From Patescibacteria group bacterium (GTDB lineage Bacteria > Patescibacteriota > Microgenomatia > UBA1400 > PJMF01), in the NCBI GenBank assembly GCA_018813375.1, contig JAHJBU010000003.1:1-45530 (forward strand): a stretch of 45,530 bases of DNA, read 5' to 3'. A model generated the notes under the pieces. The model was not told the DNA's origin and searched no databases. It saw only the letters and a list, made by a program, of their open reading frames with translations. Positions 8,095 to 17,894 of this stretch are shown here, piece after piece (the first letter of the stretch is position 1; every line of letters starts with the position of its first letter). The translations under genes and the position numbers were made by a program.

Positions 8095-8654
8095 TTTCCT
8101 ACTTACGCGGCAAACCTCAAGTACATGCAAATAAAATTATTCTCGAGGTCAATGGAGTAGGTTATGGAGTTTTTGCTAGCCAAAAAGTCTTGGTTCAAAC
8201 AGCAGAAAAAGAAGAAATATGTTTATATATTTATACTTATGTTAAAGAAGACAAACTAGAGCTTTATGGATTTCTAAGTTTCCAAGAACAAGAATTATTT
8301 GAGTTAATGTTATCAGTCTCTGGGATTGGACCAACAACTGCCCTGCATATTATGGACAAAAATCCAGAACAGCTCATTAGCGCAGTTCAAGAAGCTAATA
8401 TTTCATTTTTTAAATCTATTCCTAGAATAGGTAAAAAAATGGCTCAAAAAATTATTATTGAACTAAGGGGTAAATTGGGTGAATTAAAAGAACTCAATCT
8501 AGGTCCTCTAAGTCCTAAACAACAAACTGTGAGTGATGCGCTTAGCTCTCTAGGATGGGATGATGATTCGATTCAACAGGCTCTAGAGCGACTCAATCTA
8601 GATCAACTTTCAGTACAAGAAGCTATTAAACAAGCCTTGCAAAAATTAAGTTAA
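8091..8654 (+). CDS. ruvA: Holliday junction branch migration complex subunit RuvA
   Basis: MISYLRGK...VNGVGYGV...LYGF...ELFELMLSVSGIGPTTALHIM. It overlaps the ruvC stop (ATGA) and sits between ruvC and ruvB. Confidence 0.9.
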   Translation: MISYLRGKPQVHANKIILEVNGVGYGVFASQKVLVQTAEKEEICLYIYTYVKEDKLELYGFLSFQEQELFELMLSVSGIGPTTALHIMDKNPEQLISAVQEANISFFKSIPRIGKKMAQKIIIELRGKLGELKELNLGPLSPKQQTVSDALSSLGWDDDSIQQALERLNLDQLSVQEAIKQALQKLS

Positions 8655-8656
8655 AA

Positions 8657-9649
8657 ATGAACCAAGAACCACCTACAAACCAAACTCCAGAAGATGAAAT
8701 TTTACTTCAAACACTTCGTGCTCAAAGCTGGGATGAATTTGTAGGTCAAGACACGATAAAAAAATCTTTACGCTTAGGTATTAAAGCAGCTTTGCAAAGA
8801 AAAGAATCTCTAGATCACACTTTATTATTTGGACCTGCGGGTTTAGGTAAAACTACTCTTTCCTACTTAATTGCTAGAGAAATGAATGTTGACATTAGAA
8901 TTACTTCTGGCACAGCCTTAAATAAAGCAGGTGATTTAGCAGCTATTCTAACTAATCTGAAAGATGGCGACGTTTTATTTATTGATGAAATACATCGCTT
9001 ACCAAAAATTGTTGAAGAAACCCTTTATCCAGCCATGGAAGATTTTGTCTTAGATATTGTGATTGGCAAAGGTCCTTCTGCAAGAACAGTTAGGCTAGAG
9101 TTGCCTCAGTTTACCATTGTTGGCGCTACTACTAGATTTGGCCTACTAAGTGGTCCCTTTAGAGATAGATTTGGCTTAATTCATCGTTTGTCTTACTATA
9201 AACCTCAAGCACTAGCAGATATTATTATCAAGGGAGCTAAAAAACTTAATGTAAAAATTGATCAAAAATCAGCCTTAGAAATAGGTCGACGCTCTCGAGG
9301 AACACCCAGAATTGCTCTCAAGCTCTTAAAACGTGTTCGAGATTATGTTCAAGTTAATAAATCAGGCCAAATTTCTCCCACAGAAGTTCATAATGCTTTA
9401 AAAATGCTTGCTATTGACACCAAGGGCTTGGATGAAACTGATAGACGCTTGCTAAAAAAGATTATTGTCTTACACAAAGGTGGTCCTGTTGGATTATCAA
9501 CTATGGCCGCCACTCTTCTTGAAGACCCAGGTACAATTGAGGAAGTAATTGAGCCTTATTTGTTGCAAATTGGTTTTTTGAAACGTACACCCCAAGGCAG
9601 AGTAGTGACTGAGGCTGCCTATCAATACTTAGGGAGAAAATACCCGTAA
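8657..9649 (+). CDS. ruvB: Holliday junction DNA helicase RuvB
   Basis: Walker A LLFGPAGLGKTTLS, Walker B LFIDEIHRL, and RGTPRIALKLLKRVRDY. Confidence 0.95.
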   Translation: MNQEPPTNQTPEDEILLQTLRAQSWDEFVGQDTIKKSLRLGIKAALQRKESLDHTLLFGPAGLGKTTLSYLIAREMNVDIRITSGTALNKAGDLAAILTNLKDGDVLFIDEIHRLPKIVEETLYPAMEDFVLDIVIGKGPSARTVRLELPQFTIVGATTRFGLLSGPFRDRFGLIHRLSYYKPQALADIIIKGAKKLNVKIDQKSALEIGRRSRGTPRIALKLLKRVRDYVQVNKSGQISPTEVHNALKMLAIDTKGLDETDRRLLKKIIVLHKGGPVGLSTMAATLLEDPGTIEEVIEPYLLQIGFLKRTPQGRVVTEAAYQYLGRKYP

Positions 9650-9672
9650 AACAAATGCTATACTAGCCATTA

Positions 9673-10254
9673 ATGCTACTTATCAAAATCAAGCGTCGCT
9701 TAACAGCCATTTATTTAGAGGCTGTGACTGGTTTTTTATGGTGGGCAGTGGGTTATATACCATCACACCACGCTCGAAGATTTTTTTATCGCCTTTTTGG
9801 GATTAAAATTGGCAAAGGCTCTACTATCCATATGATGGCTAGAATTTATGATCCTCGTCACATCACCATTGGCGAGGATACTTTAATTGGCGAACAAGCT
9901 ACTCTTGATGGGCGCAAGCAACTCCCCAATTCTCAGGGTGGGCTAGAAATTGGTAGTCACGTTGATATCGCCTCTCAAGTCATGATCTGGACTAGCGAGC
10001 ATGATATTCAGAGTAACGACATGCGTCCAGTTGAAGAAAAAGTAATAATTGAAGATTACGTTTTTATCGGGCCTAGGGCTATTATTCTTCCAGGGGTTAC
10101 TCTTGGTAGGGGAGCAGTGATAGGAGCTGGAGCTGTAGTGACCAAAGATGTTCCTCCTCAAGCGATTGTGGGTGGGGTTCCTGCTGTAAAAATTGGCGAG
10201 AGAGAGACTCAGGAGCTAAATTATAAGTTGGGTAGAGCGCGATTATTTCAGTAA
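9673..10254 (+). CDS. Hexapeptide-repeat (left-handed beta-helix) sugar O-acetyltransferase with an N-terminal membrane segment
   Basis: Repeated [LIV]-G-x4 units: ITIGEDTLIGEQATLDG, LEIGSHVDIAS, VFIGPRAIILPGVTLGRGAVIGAGAVVTKDVPPQAIVGGVPA. Confidence 0.8.
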   Translation: MLLIKIKRRLTAIYLEAVTGFLWWAVGYIPSHHARRFFYRLFGIKIGKGSTIHMMARIYDPRHITIGEDTLIGEQATLDGRKQLPNSQGGLEIGSHVDIASQVMIWTSEHDIQSNDMRPVEEKVIIEDYVFIGPRAIILPGVTLGRGAVIGAGAVVTKDVPPQAIVGGVPAVKIGERETQELNYKLGRARLFQ

Positions 10255-10270
10255 TAATGAATAAAAATTC

Positions 10271-11257
10271 ATGACTCTTACCATTATCATAGTTTCTTAC
10301 AACACCAAAAAATTAACTCTCCAAACCATTGAAGCCGCCTGGAAAGAAGCTCAGTCATCTAAAATTTTGGCTAAGAGAACAGAGATCATAATTGTTGATA
10401 ATGATTCTAAAGATAACACCGCGACTGCCATCAGAGATAGCTTTGACAGCAAAAATATTAAGGTCATTGCTAATAAACACAACAAAGGTTTTGCCTCAGC
10501 CAATAACCAAGGAATTAAGGTTGCCAAAGGTAAATACATTATTCTCCTTAACTCTGACACCATTGTTCAAAAAGGTGGTTTGAGTACTATGGTTAAAACT
10601 TTTGAACGCTTTCCTTTAGATGATACTACTGCTACTCTAGCTTCTGAAAAAAACAAAATTGATAAACTAGGCATATTAGCCCCCACGCTTTTAAATCCTG
10701 ACGGAACACTCCAGCCACAAGGGGGAGACTTACCAACCCTATTTTCGCTTTTCAATCATATGAGCTTTTTAGATGACTTACCAATTATCGGCAAACTTTT
10801 ACCATCAACACAACACACGGGTTTTAGACAAAGTGAAAAACTTCGCTATCACACCAATGACACTCGTCTGATTAAGCGGGGGTGGGTAGGTGGTACTGCT
10901 ATGATGATTAGAAAAGAAGTCATTAAAGAGATTGGTTTACTTGATGATGCAATTTTTATGTACGGAGAAGATACTGAATACTGTATGCGAGCCAGCCATC
11001 ACCATTTTGATATAGCTATTGATCCTCAAGCTAAAATTACTCATTTTAGCCAGGCAAGTTCTAGTAATACCAATGCTATTAAGGGTGAATTTAAATCCTA
11101 TATTTATAACTGGTCAAAGCACAAACCACTTTGGCAAATTCCAATAATTAAACTAATATTAAAAATGGGCATTATACTTAGAATAATTGCCTTTAGTACC
11201 ATCAAACCAGACAAAAAAAGATGCCAAATTTATAGAGAACTATTATCACAGATATAA
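10271..11257 (+). CDS. GT2 family glycosyltransferase
   Basis: IIIVSYNT...IIIVDNDSKDNT...NKGFASANNQG...ILLNSDT...MYGEDTEYCMRA (DxD and ED motifs of GT-A GT2 enzymes). Confidence 0.85.
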   Translation: MTLTIIIVSYNTKKLTLQTIEAAWKEAQSSKILAKRTEIIIVDNDSKDNTATAIRDSFDSKNIKVIANKHNKGFASANNQGIKVAKGKYIILLNSDTIVQKGGLSTMVKTFERFPLDDTTATLASEKNKIDKLGILAPTLLNPDGTLQPQGGDLPTLFSLFNHMSFLDDLPIIGKLLPSTQHTGFRQSEKLRYHTNDTRLIKRGWVGGTAMMIRKEVIKEIGLLDDAIFMYGEDTEYCMRASHHHFDIAIDPQAKITHFSQASSSNTNAIKGEFKSYIYNWSKHKPLWQIPIIKLILKMGIILRIIAFSTIKPDKKRCQIYRELLSQI

Positions 11258-11261
11258 AAAC

Positions 11262-12854
11262 ATGAATTATAAAAAAATTCTTAGTTGGCTTGATAAAAAT
11301 ATCCTTTTATTACTGTCAGGCTTCCTCCTAGCCTTTATCCCCCTTTTTCCCAAAATTCCTTTCTTTAGCCCCATTGAAGAATATATAGTTAGAATTCGGA
11401 TAGAAGATTTTTTAGTATTATTTACCATAATTATCTGGCTTATTCAATTAATTAGAAAAAAAATAAAATGGAAGTCCACCACAGCCTGGCTTATGATCGC
11501 CTATGCTGTTGTGGGATTGCTCTCAGTTGTCTCTGCAGTGTTAGTAATTAAAACTGTTCCAATTATAGATAAGCACATACTTAAAACACTCCTTCATTAT
11601 TTTAGATATCTTGAATACTTTGCTCTCTTTTTCATAACTTACTCTAGTCTTAAAAAAACTAAAGATGTGCAAATTTTACTTGGAGTAATAAGTTTCTCAC
11701 TACTTTGTGTTTCAATCTATGGAGTGGGGCAAAAATATTACTATTGGCCAGTTTACTCCACCATGAATCGCGAGTTTAGCAAGGGAATTCGCCTTTATCT
11801 AACCGAACATGCTAGGGTTCAATCTACTTTTGCTGGTCATTATGATCTAGCTGCCTATCTAGTAATAATTCTACCGCTCCTACTAGCCTTAGCATATAGT
11901 TCCAAACAAAAAATAATCAAGTTTTTTCTTTTTTTCCTGCAATTTTTTGGAGTCTGGATGCTAATTGTGAGTGCTGCCAGAACATCGTTTATAGCCTACG
12001 TTCTATCCTCGATAATTGTAGTTATCTTATCTGGATTAAAAAAAGATTCTTTTTGGTTAAAAATTTCTTGGATCACCACCAGACTTCTAGGACTATGGAT
12101 AGTCATTTTTATTTTAATAGCTATATTTGGAACTGATATTTATGAAAGATCTCTTCAGGTTCTTAAACCCTATCCATTGATCTATTCTAAATACGAACAA
12201 CTAGAAAAACAAATAAACAAATCTTTTATCAGAACTATCTCTACTACACCTCCATCTAATTCAATTTCAACTAAAGAAGTTGAGGTTCTAGTCGCATCAG
12301 ATCAACGCCCATCTACAGAGAGACCAATGGACGTCTATCATGATATCCCGGATCAAATTAAAGTTTCCACAACTTCTGCTGATGGAGTCACAGAAACAAT
12401 CATTGTTGAAAAACCCAGAGTTTGGTCAGACAATGCACTTCGGTACGGTCTTTCCACAGCTATTAGACTAGATACCCTCTGGCCAAGAGCAATGCAGGGG
12501 TTTATTCGCAATCCACTTTTTGGAAGTGGCTATGCTACCCTAAATAAAACTAGTCCAACAGATTTCACTATAGCTGATAGCACTGATAACAATTTTTTAC
12601 GTACTCTAGGTGAAACTGGACTGTTGGGATTTATTACTTTTTATGGCATTGTACTAAGCTCTATTGTCCTAGCAATTTCAGGTTTAAGAAAAAAAGATGT
12701 TTTGCTTTCAACACTCAGCATTGGCTATCTAGCTGCTACTTTAGGATTACTGTTTAATGCTTTTTTCATTGACGTTTTTGCAGCCTCAAAGGTTGCATTT
12801 ACTTTTTGGGCTATAACCGGGCTGTTTTTAGGCTATTATAAATTAAAGAAATGA
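11262..12854 (+). CDS. Wzy_C / O-antigen-ligase-like polytopic membrane protein
   Basis: The track ORF starts at 11187 but overlaps the GT2 gene by 71 nt. The in-frame ATG at 11262 (MNYKKILSWL) lies 4 nt after the upstream stop. The protein is multi-TM, and its C-terminal block AIRLDTLWPRAMQGF...DNNFLRTLGETGLLGF is shared with ORF 1..2043. Confidence 0.75.
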   Translation: MNYKKILSWLDKNILLLLSGFLLAFIPLFPKIPFFSPIEEYIVRIRIEDFLVLFTIIIWLIQLIRKKIKWKSTTAWLMIAYAVVGLLSVVSAVLVIKTVPIIDKHILKTLLHYFRYLEYFALFFITYSSLKKTKDVQILLGVISFSLLCVSIYGVGQKYYYWPVYSTMNREFSKGIRLYLTEHARVQSTFAGHYDLAAYLVIILPLLLALAYSSKQKIIKFFLFFLQFFGVWMLIVSAARTSFIAYVLSSIIVVILSGLKKDSFWLKISWITTRLLGLWIVIFILIAIFGTDIYERSLQVLKPYPLIYSKYEQLEKQINKSFIRTISTTPPSNSISTKEVEVLVASDQRPSTERPMDVYHDIPDQIKVSTTSADGVTETIIVEKPRVWSDNALRYGLSTAIRLDTLWPRAMQGFIRNPLFGSGYATLNKTSPTDFTIADSTDNNFLRTLGETGLLGFITFYGIVLSSIVLAISGLRKKDVLLSTLSIGYLAATLGLLFNAFFIDVFAASKVAFTFWAITGLFLGYYKLKK

Positions 12855-14299
12855 AAAAACATTTAGTTTTAGTATCAGCTTTAATTGTTTTGGCAGCTTA
12901 TTTAAGACTTTATAAAATTGATAGCCCATTAGCAGACTGGCACAGCTTCCGCCAAGCGGACACGGCTTCTGTGACTAGAGAATTCGTCAAAAACAATTAT
13001 CCTATTTGGGAACCCCACTACCATGATCATTCAAATATCCAAAGCGGGCAGGATAATCTTGAGGGATATAGAATGGTCGAATTTCCACTGATTAATTATC
13101 TTATTGCTCAGGTAATTAAATTATGGCCTCAACTAGATTTAGTGATTATTTCGCGCTTATTCTCGATTGGATTTTCTTTACTGGGATTGATAAGTCTTTA
13201 TGGGTTTGTTTATCTGCTCTCAAAACGCAAAGCTCTGGCTTTTCTTTCAGGACTAATATTTGCGGCCTTACCCTATAGTGTATTTTATTCTCGTGTTATC
13301 TTACCAGAGCCTGCCATGCTAGGCACACAACTTTTCAGCATGTGGCTGTTTTTAGCTTGGCTACAACAATCTAGTAAAAAGAAAACTAAGTCGCACCTTC
13401 TTTATGCTGGAAGCCTGATTTCATTTGCGCTTAGCTTGCTACTTAAACCAACCGCTATTTTTATTGCCCCAGTGTTTGGCGTACTAAGCCTATCCTACAT
13501 GGGTATAAAAGCCCTAATTTCTCCATGGTTAATCTCCTACGTCACAATTGCAGTGGCTCCTTTAATTGGTTGGAGAGCGTGGATCACGCAGTATCCCCAA
13601 GGCATCCCCGTCTCAGATTGGTTATTAAATGGCAATCATATTCGCCTCAGACCAGCTTGGTGGAGATGGATTTTCGCTGAAAGAATAGCTAAACTAATTC
13701 TTGGTTATTGGGGAACATCATTATTATTTTTAGGCTTAATAAGTAGAATTCAAACCAACTATCGTCGCTCATCTCTCTTTGACTTGGTTACACTAACCTG
13801 GACAGGCTCAATGTTTTTATACCTAGTGGTTTTTGCTACCGGCAATGTTCAACACGACTACTATCAAACCTTGCTTATTCCCATCATTTCCATTCTCATG
13901 GCCAGAGGTATTATCTGGGTGACTGAATCACTCCCAACTAGAAAATTTATTCTTTGGCCAGCCCTAATAACAGTGCTTGGACTAACTTTTTTTATGTCTT
14001 GGTGGGAAACCAGGGGTTACTATGACATCCAACACCCCAATATTGTAACTGCAGGAAAAAGAGTTGATCAACTCACCCCTCTTGATGCAAAAGTTATTGC
14101 TCCATATCAAGGCGACACTGCTTTTCTATTTCAAACCAATCGCACTGGTTGGCCCATTGGCTTTGAGATCAAAGATAAAATTAACAAGGGGGCTAACTAC
14201 TATGTGAGTGTAAACTTTGATGATGAGACAAACGAATTAATGAAAAAATACGAATTGATCGAACAAACCGATGATTATGTTATCATCAAACTTCAATAA
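12851..14299 (+). CDS. GT-C fold glycosyltransferase, GT39/ArnT/PMT_2-like
   Basis: 482-aa polytopic ORF. The N-terminal loop ADWHSFRQADTASVTREF is typical of polyprenyl-phosphate-sugar-dependent GT-C enzymes. ATGA overlap with the upstream Wzy_C gene. Confidence 0.6.
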   Translation: MKKHLVLVSALIVLAAYLRLYKIDSPLADWHSFRQADTASVTREFVKNNYPIWEPHYHDHSNIQSGQDNLEGYRMVEFPLINYLIAQVIKLWPQLDLVIISRLFSIGFSLLGLISLYGFVYLLSKRKALAFLSGLIFAALPYSVFYSRVILPEPAMLGTQLFSMWLFLAWLQQSSKKKTKSHLLYAGSLISFALSLLLKPTAIFIAPVFGVLSLSYMGIKALISPWLISYVTIAVAPLIGWRAWITQYPQGIPVSDWLLNGNHIRLRPAWWRWIFAERIAKLILGYWGTSLLFLGLISRIQTNYRRSSLFDLVTLTWTGSMFLYLVVFATGNVQHDYYQTLLIPIISILMARGIIWVTESLPTRKFILWPALITVLGLTFFMSWWETRGYYDIQHPNIVTAGKRVDQLTPLDAKVIAPYQGDTAFLFQTNRTGWPIGFEIKDKINKGANYYVSVNFDDETNELMKKYELIEQTDDYVIIKLQ

Positions 14300-14302
14300 C
14301 TC

Positions 14303-15490
14303 ATGAAAATATTAATGCTCACTCCTTATTTGCCTTATCCACTTTTAAGCGGTGGGCAAATAAGAACCTACAACTTGCTTAAAAAATTAGCTGATAAACA
14401 CAAAATTACTTTATTTCCATTAATTAAAGAAGAATCTGAGCGAAAATACATTCCAGAACTAGAAAAATACTGTGCTAAGGTTAAAGTTTTTAAACGTTCT
14501 AAAAAACCATTTACTCTAAAAAATATCTACAAAACACTTATCTCTAGCTATCCCTTTTTAGTTGTTCGCAATCATGTTCCAGAAATAATTGATGAAGTTA
14601 AAAAAGAACTAGCTAGCCATGATTACAATCTAATCCATGCTGAAACATTTTACATGATGCCTCATTTACCAAAAACAAATGTGCCTATAATTTTAGTAGA
14701 ACAAACCATCGAATATTTAGGCTATGAAAGCTATGCTAAAAAAGCTCCATTTTTTCTTAAGCCACTATTGCAAATTGACATTGCAAAAATAAAAAAATGG
14801 GAACGACACTTCTGGCGCAGTGCTCAAAAGCTGATTGTAATGAGTCAAGCTGATAAAGAATATATTGCTAAAGAAATTGGCAACCAAAATAAAATTGAAG
14901 TTGTTGCTAATGGAGTAGACTCAAAGTGGTTTAGCCAAAAGAGAAGAAAACCTCCTGAAAAGCCAACAATTCTTTCTGTTGGAACTTTTAACTGGCTACC
15001 AAATATAGAAGCGGTTCAATTTTTGGTTAATAGAGTTTGGCCTTTACTAAAAAAGCAAGTTAAAAATGCCCAGCTATGGATCGTGGGTAATGCACCTACT
15101 GAAGAAATTTTAAATTTTCAAAAAAAAGACTTAAATATTAAAGTTACGGGCAATATCCCTGACATTCGAGATGCTTTTAAAAATGCTCATGTTGTAGTTG
15201 CTCCAGTTTTTAGTGGTAAAGGCACTCGATATAAAATCTTAGAGGCCATGGCTGCTGGCACGCCTGTAGTTGCTACCAGTATCGCCGTTGAAGGCCTAGG
15301 GGTTGAAGATGGCAAACATGTACTTTTAGCTAATAGTGCTACTGAAATGACAGATAAAATTGCTCGCTTACTCAATCAGCCAGATGAAAGAAAACAGCTT
15401 TCCAGAAGAGCAAAATTATTTGTAACCAAACAATATGACTGGAAATATATTAGTACTAAGTTAGATCAAGTCTATCAGGAGTTTTCATGA
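14303..15490 (+). CDS. GT4 family glycosyltransferase
   Basis: MKILMLTPYLPYPLLSGGQIR ... GKGTRYKILEAMAAGTPVVATSIAVEGL. Confidence 0.85.
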   Translation: MKILMLTPYLPYPLLSGGQIRTYNLLKKLADKHKITLFPLIKEESERKYIPELEKYCAKVKVFKRSKKPFTLKNIYKTLISSYPFLVVRNHVPEIIDEVKKELASHDYNLIHAETFYMMPHLPKTNVPIILVEQTIEYLGYESYAKKAPFFLKPLLQIDIAKIKKWERHFWRSAQKLIVMSQADKEYIAKEIGNQNKIEVVANGVDSKWFSQKRRKPPEKPTILSVGTFNWLPNIEAVQFLVNRVWPLLKKQVKNAQLWIVGNAPTEEILNFQKKDLNIKVTGNIPDIRDAFKNAHVVVAPVFSGKGTRYKILEAMAAGTPVVATSIAVEGLGVEDGKHVLLANSATEMTDKIARLLNQPDERKQLSRRAKLFVTKQYDWKYISTKLDQVYQEFS

Positions 15491-16371
15491 AAAAACGATC
15501 AAAGAAAACTGACTTAACACTAATTATTCTAAATTATAATACTCAATTTTGGTTAAAAAAAACTTTAGAAACTTTAAAAGAATTTTATTTAGATAATACA
15601 AAATATAATATCAAAATCATTGTGGTTGACAACGGCAGTGTAGATGACAGTGTAAAAATGGTTAAAAAAAACATTAAGTGGGCTGAGTTGATAGAAGCCA
15701 GAGAAAACTTGGGCTTTGCTGGAGGAAATAATTTGGCTTTAGAAAAAGTTAAAAGCAAATATGCCATGCTACTCAATTCTGACCTAGAGTTTAAGCCTGA
15801 ATCTAATTTAGATATTTTAATTGAGTACATGGATAAACACCCTGAGGTTGGAATAATTACTCCTAAAATAGAATTCATTAATGGAGAAATTGATCCAGCC
15901 TGCCACCGCGGTGAACCTACTCTTTGGGCTTCTTTTACTTATTTTACAAAACTAGAAAGATTATTCCCCAAATCCCAATTTTTTGGCCAATATCATCAAT
16001 ACTATAAAGATTTAACCAGCCATCATATTATTGATGCTTGTAGCGGAGCAACTCTAGTTGTGAGAAAATCCGCTATGGACAAGGTAGGTCTATTAGATGA
16101 CCGTTTTTTTATGTACGGCGAAGACCTTGACTGGTGTCGACGTTTTAGAGATAAGGGTTATCAAGTAATCTACCATCCAGAAGTAAAAATTATTCATCAC
16201 AAATATAAATCTGGAATTAAAAGTAGCTCTAAAAAAATTGCTCAAACCACGAATAAGTACTTTTATGATACGATGCTTGCGTATTATGATAAGCACTATG
16301 TTGATAAATACCCAAAATTTATCCGCACACTTATTAAGTATTATATTAATATTAAAAAGGGAGGGTTCTAA
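15487..16371 (+). CDS. GT2 family glycosyltransferase
   Basis: LIILNYNT...IIVVDNGSVDDS...NLGFAGGNNLAL...MLLNSDLEF...MYGEDLDWCRRF; ATGA overlap with the upstream gene. Confidence 0.85.
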   Translation: MKKRSKKTDLTLIILNYNTQFWLKKTLETLKEFYLDNTKYNIKIIVVDNGSVDDSVKMVKKNIKWAELIEARENLGFAGGNNLALEKVKSKYAMLLNSDLEFKPESNLDILIEYMDKHPEVGIITPKIEFINGEIDPACHRGEPTLWASFTYFTKLERLFPKSQFFGQYHQYYKDLTSHHIIDACSGATLVVRKSAMDKVGLLDDRFFMYGEDLDWCRRFRDKGYQVIYHPEVKIIHHKYKSGIKSSSKKIAQTTNKYFYDTMLAYYDKHYVDKYPKFIRTLIKYYINIKKGGF

Positions 16372-16803
16372 ATGTATTCAGATCTAGCTTTTAAGGTATC
16401 GCAGCTGCGAGCCAAAAACCAAAATATTATGTTAACTGCAGTGACTGTAATTGTGGCAGCATTATTTGTGGCAGCTTTGCTGCCCAGCTTATTGGTGCAA
16501 TACATATATGCCGGTCAACAACTTTTTGCACAGCCATTACTACTTCAATACATCCCGCTAGTTTGCTTTTCAATCGGAATTGCCTATTTCTTATTTGCTA
16601 TTGTTGGCAATTTATTTAGAGCAAAACGAGCTAATTACCTTGAAAAACAAATGGAGCTTGAAGATTGCTGTTGCTTTGATGAAGAAGACGAAATTTTAGA
16701 TGAGATTGAAGCTCTAACTGAAACTTTAGTTAAAGAAAAGAAAAAAGCTCCTGCTAAAAAAAGACCAGCAAAAAAGAAAATAGCTGCTAAAACTAAAAAA
16801 TAA
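16372..16803 (+). CDS. Small two-TM membrane protein with an acidic Cys-rich patch and a lysine-rich tail; function unknown
   Basis: 143-aa ORF starting 1 nt after the upstream stop (TAAATG). Two hydrophobic segments are followed by ELEDCCCFDEEDEILDEIE and KKKAPAKKRPAKKKIAAKTKK. Confidence 0.55.
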   Translation: MYSDLAFKVSQLRAKNQNIMLTAVTVIVAALFVAALLPSLLVQYIYAGQQLFAQPLLLQYIPLVCFSIGIAYFLFAIVGNLFRAKRANYLEKQMELEDCCCFDEEDEILDEIEALTETLVKEKKKAPAKKRPAKKKIAAKTKK

Positions 16804-16811
16804 TCTAAATT

Positions 16812-17885
16812 ATGAAAATTGGTGTTGACTGCCGGCTAAGTGGAATCGCCCATGCCGGCATAGGGCGTTATATTGGAAATCTCATTAAATACCTTCCCTT
16901 GCTTGCTCCTGAGATTGATTGGGTTTATTTTTATCGAGATAAAAATCAAATAATTCCAGATCTTGATGTGGAGTCTAGATTAGTTTCTGTTCGTCACTAC
17001 ACCTTTCAAGAACAATTACAGTTAATTTCTGTTTTTAATCAAGCTAAATTAGACTTGCTTCATGTTCCTCACTTTAATGTTCCAATTTTATATCCAGGAA
17101 AATTAGTGGTAACTATTCACGACCTACTTTGGCATCAACAAAAAGGAACCCAGGTCACTACTTTAAAACCATGGGAATATTGGGGTAAATATACTGGCTA
17201 TCGGCTGGTGGCTTCTCAAGCAATCAAAAAAGCTAATAAAATCATAGTTCCAACTCAAGCAGTTAAAAAAACCCTAAGTAAATACTATCCAAAATCTGAA
17301 GAAAAAGTCGTGGTAGCTCATGAGGGCGTGGATAGTGGACTATTAACATTTAAAGATAGAAAAGTAAAAAAGAAAATTAACTCTCTAATTTACGTAGGCT
17401 CGCTTTATCCTCATAAAAACTTAAAGTTGGTCATCCAAGCATTACAAAAGCTACCCACTTGGAAACTCACTATTGTTGGCTCTAGAAATGTTTTCCAAGA
17501 TCAAATCAGAAAAGAGGTTAAAAAATACCAGGTACAAAAACAGGTTAAATTCACTGGCTATTTACCTGATAAAGATTTAGCTCAAAAAATTAAAACCGCT
17601 ACTGCCTTAGTGCAGCCATCACTATCAGAAGGTTTTGGTTTAACTGGCATAGAGGCCATGGCGCTTGGCACTCCAGTTATCGCCTCAGATATTCCAGTTT
17701 TTAAAGAAATCTACCAAAATGCAGCAGTTTATTTTAACCCTCACTCCATAGAAAATTTTATTCAAACTGTAAACAGCTTAACAAGTAGAAAACCAACGTT
17801 AAATCAAATGCAAAATGTAGCCAAACAATACTCCTGGCAAAAAATGGCAGAAAAAACGCTTCAAGTTTATAAATCTGTTTTATAA
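16812..17885 (+). CDS. GT4 family glycosyltransferase
   Basis: LIYVGSLYPHKNL ... PSLSEGFGLTGIEAMALGTPVIASDIPVFKEIY. Confidence 0.85.
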   Translation: MKIGVDCRLSGIAHAGIGRYIGNLIKYLPLLAPEIDWVYFYRDKNQIIPDLDVESRLVSVRHYTFQEQLQLISVFNQAKLDLLHVPHFNVPILYPGKLVVTIHDLLWHQQKGTQVTTLKPWEYWGKYTGYRLVASQAIKKANKIIVPTQAVKKTLSKYYPKSEEKVVVAHEGVDSGLLTFKDRKVKKKINSLIYVGSLYPHKNLKLVIQALQKLPTWKLTIVGSRNVFQDQIRKEVKKYQVQKQVKFTGYLPDKDLAQKIKTATALVQPSLSEGFGLTGIEAMALGTPVIASDIPVFKEIYQNAAVYFNPHSIENFIQTVNSLTSRKPTLNQMQNVAKQYSWQKMAEKTLQVYKSVL

Positions 17886-17894
17886 TCAATTTAC

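Noticed and set aside
11187-11261. N-terminal 25-codon extension of the Wzy_C-like ORF
   Set aside because: It overlaps the preceding GT2 gene by 71 nt. The internal ATG at 11262, 4 nt after the upstream stop, begins the first hydrophobic segment and is the more plausible start.
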